Shown here in pieces: positions 27,709-33,077 of a stretch of DNA of 33,285 nt. Made by a program: the position numbers and the translations under genes. A model generated the notes under the pieces. That model worked only from the letters and a program-made list of their open reading frames with translations. It ran no database searches and was not told the origin of the DNA. Positions within the stretch are counted from its first letter, which is position 1, and each line of letters opens with the position of its first letter. Origin of the DNA: an uncultured Eubacteriales bacterium (GTDB taxonomy: Bacteria; Bacillota; Clostridia; UBA1381; UMGS1253); NCBI GenBank assembly GCA_900550065.1, contig URQR01000002.1, forward strand, positions 1 through 33,285, in the 5' to 3' direction.

Positions 27709-27779
27709 TGATTTGATATCAGTCCCGGGCAGCGTTTATTTTTACAATTCCTACATAATAAAATTGATTCAAAAGCTTA

Positions 27780-28430
27780 TTATACGATATCCCTTACAAT
27801 TTCGTCTAAAGATTTAGTAATCACGTGAAGGCAAAACTCTTTTATCATTTCAAGGCCTTCTTCCTTATCGCCGTATTGTTGGCCTGTTAGAGGCGATTCG
27901 ACTGCAAACATTAAATCCTTTAGTACTAATAAACCATCCTCGCCGTGGCAGATGTCACGGTATTTTTTTATGTACTGCAATAAAACACCGAACCGGTCGT
28001 GGGAGATTAGGTTATTGAGCAAGTCTAAGGTTATTTGTGCCTGCCGCATTGTGTAGGGCAAGACGTCGTTTTCGTAATCGAAGCCCAACGCTTCAAATTT
28101 TTCCCTATTTTCCTGTGCCATTCCTGTCGAAAGAAGCTTTTGGCCCGCAAAAAATTTCATCGTATCTTCGGAGAGGCCTGCTTGCTGTACGGTTAAATTT
28201 GCTTCCATATCAAGCCGAAAGTCGGAAAACCCAATCAAATAATCACACGAAACGCCCAAATACTGTGCCATTTTTGCAGCGAGGTCAATATCCGGCGAAC
28301 GCTTGCCCAAAATGTAGTAATTGATACTTTGTCGGGAACAATTCATCTTTTCTGCAAATTCTCCCTGTGAAATATTCTTTTCTGTCAGTAGGGAGAGCAG
28401 CCGCTGTCCAAACATTTGTTGCAAATCCAT
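27780..28430 (-). CDS. XRE-family helix-turn-helix regulator with a ~150-aa C-terminal domain of unknown function
   Basis: MDLQQMFGQRLLSLLTEKNISQGEFAEKMNCSRQSINYYILGKRSPDIDLAAKMAQYLGVSCDYLIG is a classic HTH_3/XRE domain. I set the start at ATG 28430 (AAGGAG SD 7 nt upstream). The track's upstream start at 28481 has no SD. Confidence 0.85.
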   Translation of the reverse strand: MDLQQMFGQRLLSLLTEKNISQGEFAEKMNCSRQSINYYILGKRSPDIDLAAKMAQYLGVSCDYLIGFSDFRLDMEANLTVQQAGLSEDTMKFFAGQKLLSTGMAQENREKFEALGFDYENDVLPYTMRQAQITLDLLNNLISHDRFGVLLQYIKKYRDICHGEDGLLVLKDLMFAVESPLTGQQYGDKEEGLEMIKEFCLHVITKSLDEIVRDIV

Positions 28431-28451
28431 GTAAAAAACTCCTTTGTGTAT

Positions 28452-28483
28452 ATATTTGTTGCTATAGAAAATAAAATGCAATT
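28452..28483. promoter_or_regulatory. Conserved 32-nt block in the xre / module-1 divergent intergenic region (candidate operator)
   Basis: ATATTTGTTGCTATAGAAAATAAAATGCAATT matches 31309..31339 (ATATTTGTTGTGATATAAATAAAATGCAATT) at 28 of 32 aligned columns. It sits just upstream of the -35 of the module-1 promoter. Confidence 0.4.
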
Positions 28484-28489
28484 TAAGTA

Positions 28490-28519
28490 TTGACGAAATT
28501 TGGTATTATGGCCTATAAT
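28490..28519 (+). promoter_or_regulatory. SigA-type promoter candidate for island module 1
   Basis: TTGACG (28490..28495), an 18-nt spacer, TATAAT (28514..28519), about 70 nt upstream of the 28588 start. Confidence 0.55.
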
Positions 28520-28587
28520 TATTCTACGCAACAAAAGAGCGGACGTCAAGGGATAAGAAAAAATTAAAAAAAGGGGAGCGATGGAAA

Positions 28588-29874
28588 ATGCAAAACAGAC
28601 TGTTGGAAAAAGACACGGGCGCCAAAACACCAAGGTGGGAGTTTGCGTTCTTGAGCGGTTTAACAGGGGAACCAGCCGGCCGGTTTTACAAGGTTGTACC
28701 CGAGAACACCGCGTCCACGTGCAAAAAGTGCAGCGAGATGGGGAATCAATTGTTTTTGATTCGGGAGGCGGTAAAGGGGAAAAACTTCCCGCCGTTTCAC
28801 CCGCACTGTCGCTGTACGGCGGTCGATAAGGACGGAAAGCGGGTTGTACTATGGATTGACCGCTACATCGGCACGATGCAGCAGTGCTATGGATTTACAG
28901 AAGAGGAAAGCGAGCTCATTTTGCAGGCGTACCGCCTTCTGTCCAACGAGGCTAAGCGGCTGGGCCTGTCACGGCAGCAGCAGATTCACCATGTTTTCTC
29001 GAAGATGGCGGCGTTGTGCGACGCATATTCGGGTGAAAATTTTATATTTAGAGCCGCCGCCAGACACCCCTCCACCGAAGAGGCAAAGCTGCACCTGATT
29101 GCGCTGGGGATGGGGGAAAATGATACGGAAGCCCTGTACAAGGCAATTATGCGTCAGTATTATTCACAGATTGATGAGATAGACTTTGCGCATGAGCTGG
29201 CAGTTATATCGATTGCGGCAGAGGATTTCATCATTAACAATACGGTAGATGCGCTATTTGCGGACTTGACCGCTGTGGGGAGCTATAAAGGCGACGTGTT
29301 TTCCGCGTCTATGCCGCCGGACGACATGAACGCGGATGTGGACGGGACGAACGTGTATAATCGTATGCTGTCGGGCAATAAAGGATTTTTCGACATTCTT
29401 ATCGAATATAACGAGGGAGTGAAAGACGGCACAATTAACCGAGTGGACGAGTTTTTGCGGTTCTATGGAGATGGGGATACGAAGAAGGGGTTACAGTATA
29501 TAAAAGATGATTTGCTGAATGTGGATATGGCGTCGCATTATTTGAGTGAGACGTATTATAAAATCCCCGATGATACTTGGGAAAAAATAAAGGAAACAAC
29601 AGGACTTGACAGTGAAATAATCAGAAAAATACCGGGTTATGGTTTAGAAACGGCCGGAGATTTATTTATCAAGACTCTGTTACTCTTACCCGGAGTGAAT
29701 TTTATTAACAAAGTATCGGGCGCTGATTTATTAAGTAAGACCAATGCAAACAGATCGTTTGAGGAAAGCAAGGCATATGCAGAGAGTAAAGAGGGAAAGG
29801 AAAAAAACGTAAAGAGTATCACAGAAGTAAGTGAAGCATTTATCAAATATTTAGAGGAAGGGATGAGTAAGTGA
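28588..29874 (+). CDS. Module-1 head protein: truncated MuF/SPP1-gp7-like N-terminal motif fused to a ~345-aa C-terminal region of unknown function (toxin-like architecture)
   Basis: A GGGGAG SD lies 9 nt upstream of the ATG. Residues 31-76 read GRFYKVVPENTASTCKKCSEMGNQLFLIREAVKGKNFPPFHPHCRC, the CxxC...PPxHPxCRC signature that closes phage MuF-type head-morphogenesis domains. I recognised no catalytic motif in the remainder. It has no signal peptide. Confidence 0.6.
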   Translation: MQNRLLEKDTGAKTPRWEFAFLSGLTGEPAGRFYKVVPENTASTCKKCSEMGNQLFLIREAVKGKNFPPFHPHCRCTAVDKDGKRVVLWIDRYIGTMQQCYGFTEEESELILQAYRLLSNEAKRLGLSRQQQIHHVFSKMAALCDAYSGENFIFRAAARHPSTEEAKLHLIALGMGENDTEALYKAIMRQYYSQIDEIDFAHELAVISIAAEDFIINNTVDALFADLTAVGSYKGDVFSASMPPDDMNADVDGTNVYNRMLSGNKGFFDILIEYNEGVKDGTINRVDEFLRFYGDGDTKKGLQYIKDDLLNVDMASHYLSETYYKIPDDTWEKIKETTGLDSEIIRKIPGYGLETAGDLFIKTLLLLPGVNFINKVSGADLLSKTNANRSFEESKAYAESKEGKEKNVKSITEVSEAFIKYLEEGMSK

Positions 29875-30551
29875 AAGAAAAAATAAAGCTTAGTTGTGGA
29901 CTTGGCTGTGGGACAGTATTAATTCTGTTTATTGTAGGAATTATTTTTTTAAAATTAATATTCTACATACCACCAACTATATTTATAGAAAATAAGGCAA
30001 TTGGTTATATCATTGAACACATTGATGAGTTTAAGGATGAGATTAATGCAATGGGGTATGAGGTTAGGGTGGCGTATACGTTGGGGGAGATGTTGGGAGA
30101 GGATTTTGAAGAAGATGAATACAGTAATAAACAAACAAAGCTTGGATATAACGACCGTGGAATACTAATCTTATCAGCAGGCAATGACGAGTATCGGTTT
30201 GATACTGGCATAGAATACTACAAGACATATATTAACGATGGGGCGACTTTTCTAGCTATGTCTAAGAGTAATGAGAATGAGGTTTTAGATTTAGATAGCG
30301 GAAATGATGTATACCCTGTCCGCGTAACTTTAAACAATGAAGAGATTGACAATTACTGGATAAGCTCGCTTTGGAATGACTATAACATTAGTTTTACCGA
30401 AGCAAGAGAGGTTGGGTTACACGGTGTTCAAAAACAGGCCGATAGTTGGATAAAAAAATACATCTCCGCAGAGGAGCTGCGTGCGATATACGAGCGGTGC
30501 ATTGGATTGCAGGAGAAGCTGGTGGAGATGTACAAAATGAGGAAGGGATGA
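29871..30551 (+). CDS. Module-1 partner protein A: N-terminally membrane-anchored, candidate immunity protein
   Basis: The GTG start overlaps the upstream stop (GTGA). MKEKIKLSCGLGCGTVLILFIVGIIFLKLIFYI is a basic N-terminus plus one TM segment. It is a paralog of the next gene. Confidence 0.6.
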   Translation: MKEKIKLSCGLGCGTVLILFIVGIIFLKLIFYIPPTIFIENKAIGYIIEHIDEFKDEINAMGYEVRVAYTLGEMLGEDFEEDEYSNKQTKLGYNDRGILILSAGNDEYRFDTGIEYYKTYINDGATFLAMSKSNENEVLDLDSGNDVYPVRVTLNNEEIDNYWISSLWNDYNISFTEAREVGLHGVQKQADSWIKKYISAEELRAIYERCIGLQEKLVEMYKMRKG

Positions 30552-30555
30552 GTAA

Positions 30556-31164
30556 GTGAAAGAAAAAATAAAGCTTGGCTGTGGACTTGGCTGTGGGACA
30601 GTATTAATTTTTTTTATTTTAGGATTTATTTTTTTGAGGTTACTTGTCTATGCACCACCAACTGTATTTATAGAAAATAAGGCAATTGGTTATATCATTG
30701 AGCACGTGGACGAGTTTAAGGGTGAAATTAACGCAATGGGATATGAGGTTAGGGTGGCGTATACATTAGGAGAACGCAAGAAGAAGTATAATCCAGCCGA
30801 TCAGGGGTTACAGAAGAAAATGGGGTATAGAGAACGGGGAATTTTAATTTTAGAAAGGGAAAACGAAGAGTACGTATTTGACGTTGGTTTTGACTATTGT
30901 AACATAGAGTTGGAGGATGATAGGACTGTATTTATGCGTAAAGGACGACAAGTGTCAATTTATAGTCAATATAACTCTACAAATAGTAATCATTATAATA
31001 TTGATTTTACCGAGGCCGATAGTATTGGGCTACACGGCGCAGAACGACGGATTGACAAACAAATCAAAGAACACATCTCCGCCGAGGAGCTGCGTGCGAT
31101 ATACGAGCGGTGCATAGGCTTGCAGGAGCGGTTAGTGGAGTTGTACAAGGCGAAGAAGGGATAG
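30556..31164 (+). CDS. Module-1 partner protein B: paralog of 29871..30551
   Basis: The first 73 aa are nearly identical to the upstream gene (MKEKIKLGCGLGCGTVLIFFILGFIFLRLLVY...EVRVAYTLGE), as is the C-terminus (ISAEELRAIYERCIGLQERLVELYKAKKG). The centre is diverged and shorter. Confidence 0.6.
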   Translation: MKEKIKLGCGLGCGTVLIFFILGFIFLRLLVYAPPTVFIENKAIGYIIEHVDEFKGEINAMGYEVRVAYTLGERKKKYNPADQGLQKKMGYRERGILILERENEEYVFDVGFDYCNIELEDDRTVFMRKGRQVSIYSQYNSTNSNHYNIDFTEADSIGLHGAERRIDKQIKEHISAEELRAIYERCIGLQERLVELYKAKKG

Positions 31165-31168
31165 TGAA

Positions 31169-31203
31169 AAAGAGCAAATCCGAAAAAGATTTGCTCTTTT
31201 TTG
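31169..31203 (+). terminator. Rho-independent terminator closing module 1
   Basis: AGAGCAAATC (31171..31180), loop CGAAAAA, GATTTGCTCT (31188..31197), followed by a T-run. The 10-bp perfect stem can be extended by A-T pairs. Confidence 0.8.
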
Positions 31204-31211
31204 TTAAAAGG

Positions 31212-31288
31212 ATTTTTCGACATCCCCCTATGAGAAATTATTTCTATAAATACAACAAATGCTGTATAAACTCTTGTTGTAAACCCGT
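31212..31288 (-). pseudogene. Decayed 5' remnant of an XRE regulator gene (paralog of 27780..28430)
   Basis: The minus-strand reading ACG GGT TTA CAA CAA GAG TTT ATA CAG CAT TTG TTG TAT TTA TAG gives (T)GLQQEFIQHLLYL*, against MDLQQMFGQRLLSLL of the intact gene. The start codon is ATG>ACG and a stop follows after 14 codons. The DNA aligns by hand to 28345..28430 (27 of 35 matches in the best stretch). Confidence 0.6.
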
Positions 31289-31308
31289 GAAAAAATATTC
31301 TTTTGAGC

Positions 31309-31339
31309 ATATTTGTTGTGATATAAATAAAATGCAATT
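31309..31339. promoter_or_regulatory. Second copy of the conserved upstream block
   Basis: See 28452..28483. This is the best-conserved part of the duplicated xre/promoter region, lying ~80 nt upstream of the module-2 start. Confidence 0.4.
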
Positions 31340-31418
31340 AAAATAATAACAAAATTTCAAAAGTGACGTATACCTCATGCTAACAACAAACGTACGTTTC
31401 GTTAAGTGATAATATTTT

Positions 31419-32396
31419 ATGGGCGGCTATACAAAAAAAGAAACTGTTGGTATAATAAAACAAACGGATGTACCCCAACAGGGTGTATTTTTCCATACCA
31501 AAAAGTATGCTGCGGATGGAACGTTTTACAGAATCATTGCCGAGCCGTCTCCCACCCAATGCAGCCATTGCGCACAAATGCAGGGCGTGGTCCTGTACGG
31601 GAGCGCGGCGGAAATCGCGAAGGTGCTGCCACCGTATCATCCGAACTGCCGGTGTAAATATGAGGAATTGGACGAGGCAACCTACCGCTTTTTAGTGATG
31701 CAAGCGGAAATCCAAATGAGTGGAAAGCTGACGGACGTAGGTAAGGGCGTATATGTGTTTGATGTGTTTGGTAGGTATGGGTTTAATAAAACAAGCGATA
31801 CTTCTGTCTTTGGTATTCTCGATAAGGCGATTGGTAAGGAAAGTGCGACAAATTTATTATGGAAACACAGAGGGGCCCCTCTCCTACGTATTGATTTACC
31901 ACAGGCAAATCAACATTCCAATGGCAAACCAATTGATTTTAATCATATGCATCTTGATTCATCTTTACCAAATGCCAAAGAAGGCCATATCAAGATATCG
32001 GATAATATAATTGATTTAGGCGTAAGCGCCAACAAGGCAGGAAAAGTACTCAAGGTTGGCGGAAAAGCGGCTGCTGTCGTTGGCGTCGTACTGGATGTAG
32101 CTGATATTGGAACAGCCATGTACGAGGACGGCGGCTGGGGTGAGAACACAAATGTTGCAGTTGGCGGCGCGGCCGGCAGTTGGGCTGGCGGCGCAGTTGG
32201 TGCAAAAGCAGGGGTGGCGATTGGAACAGCGATTGGGGCGATGTTCGGCGGTGTGGGAGCAGCGCCGGGCGCGGCGATTGGCGGTCTTGTCGGCGGCCTG
32301 ATTGGCAGTATCGGCGGCGCAGTTGGCGGCCGTTGGCTTGGCGAACAGGCGGGAGAGTTAGTCAATGATACAGCAGCGTACAACAGTCAAAATTAA
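31419..32396 (+). CDS. Module-2 head protein: truncated MuF-like N-terminal motif, a middle region of unknown function, and a C-terminal glycine-zipper (membrane-active toxin-like)
   Basis: Residues 34-79 read GTFYRIIAEPSPTQCSHCAQMQGVVLYGSAAEIAKVLPPYHPNCRC, homologous to the module-1 head. Residues ~213-308 are Gly/Ala/Val/Ile-rich with repeated GxxxG/GxxxA spacing (GGAAGSWAGGAVGAKAGVAIGTAIGAMFGGVGAAPGAAIGGLVGGLIGSIGGAVGG). It has no SD upstream, and an in-frame TAA at 31410..31412 fixes the ATG as the first possible start. Confidence 0.55.
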   Translation: MGGYTKKETVGIIKQTDVPQQGVFFHTKKYAADGTFYRIIAEPSPTQCSHCAQMQGVVLYGSAAEIAKVLPPYHPNCRCKYEELDEATYRFLVMQAEIQMSGKLTDVGKGVYVFDVFGRYGFNKTSDTSVFGILDKAIGKESATNLLWKHRGAPLLRIDLPQANQHSNGKPIDFNHMHLDSSLPNAKEGHIKISDNIIDLGVSANKAGKVLKVGGKAAAVVGVVLDVADIGTAMYEDGGWGENTNVAVGGAAGSWAGGAVGAKAGVAIGTAIGAMFGGVGAAPGAAIGGLVGGLIGSIGGAVGGRWLGEQAGELVNDTAAYNSQN

Positions 32397-32408
32397 GGAG
32401 GGACAAGC

Positions 32409-33077
32409 ATGGGAATATTAAATGGACTGGCTGAGTCGTATAAAGCTTGGAAACAGAGGCAGGCGGATCGGGAAGCCGAGTGGCGGGCGCAAATGCAGCA
32501 TGGATTTTCATACATTGATTTAAAGCGTTTGGACGACGGTACACTTTACGTTTCAACGGAGCCGGTTCCTTATCGAAGCTGGGATGGAACATTATTTAAT
32601 CTTATGATGGTTGATTCGATCTATGCGCTTTTAAAAGGGCGTCATGTTCTTGGAAAAAGCTTTGAGGACATGGACTTAAGCCAGTTTGATAACCTTTATG
32701 AAATTATCAATTTTGATATAGCATTGGGCGCTTGTCTGATTGGTAAGAATAAAATGCTTTTAACAAACGATTTTAACAAGCGGTTAGTCGCAGATTTGGT
32801 TTTTGAAACCCAGGCAATGGAGTATGAAGACTCTGTAAAGCTATTTGCAATTGAAAAGGACGTCTTTGACCGACTGAAAAGCGGTGCGCTGACTGCTGAG
32901 GCGTGCATGGAACAAGAAAATTATGACTTTTACATTGGCTCGGGAGCAGATCACGACTATTTCACAGTCTACCGCCCGTCGCACGAGTATGGCGATATAA
33001 TTGAGGTGATAGAAGAGGTTATGGCTCCGTATGGGCTTGCGGTGAAATATGGGGAGGGACAAGCATGGGAATATTAA
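32409..33077 (+). CDS. Module-2 partner protein A: soluble 222-aa protein, candidate immunity protein
   Basis: An AAGGAGGG SD lies 6 nt upstream. I saw no TM segment and recognised no family. It sits immediately downstream of the glycine-zipper protein. Confidence 0.5.
   Translation: MGILNGLAESYKAWKQRQADREAEWRAQMQHGFSYIDLKRLDDGTLYVSTEPVPYRSWDGTLFNLMMVDSIYALLKGRHVLGKSFEDMDLSQFDNLYEIINFDIALGACLIGKNKMLLTNDFNKRLVADLVFETQAMEYEDSVKLFAIEKDVFDRLKSGALTAEACMEQENYDFYIGSGADHDYFTVYRPSHEYGDIIEVIEEVMAPYGLAVKYGEGQAWEY

Larger units (their letters stand above)
29854..31164 (+). repeat. Tandem duplication (period 685 bp) covering the two membrane-anchored partner genes
   Basis: The 38-nt string GAGGAAGGGATGAGTAAGTGAAAGAAAAAATAAAGCTT is identical at 29854..29891 and 30539..30576. 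The next ~220 nt and the last ~100 nt of each unit are highly similar, while the centres are diverged and carry indels. Confidence 0.8.

Noticed and set aside
28581-28829. Alternative ATG at 28581 (82-aa ORF) as the first gene of module 1
   Set aside because: The SD GGGGAG ends only 2 nt before this ATG but 9 nt before ATG 28588. The 28588 frame gives the long ORF with the conserved head motif.
29185-29215. Zinc-metallopeptidase HExxH motif in the 428-aa protein (AHELAV)
   Set aside because: The fifth position is Val, not His, so it is not an HExxH motif.
29871-29975. Lipoprotein signal peptide in the partner proteins (KLSCGLGCG)
   Set aside because: The residues preceding either Cys do not fit a lipobox ([LVI][ASTVI][GAS]C), and the hydrophobic core follows the cysteines rather than preceding them. 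I interpret it as a signal-anchor TM segment.
31230-31346. 38-aa Cys-rich small ORF (MRNYFYKYNKCCINSCCKPVKKYSFEHICCDINKMQLK) that looked like a possible peptide or bacteriocin precursor
   Set aside because: It has no SD and lies antisense to the decayed xre remnant. The homologous DNA in module 1 (28345..28486) carries an indel that breaks this frame, so the conservation is at the DNA level, not the peptide level.
31943-32383. 146-aa Pro/Ala-rich minus-strand ORF
   Set aside because: It is the reverse complement of the glycine-zipper coding region. GGN/GCN codons read as NCC/NGC on the other strand, so it is an artefact of the repeat composition.
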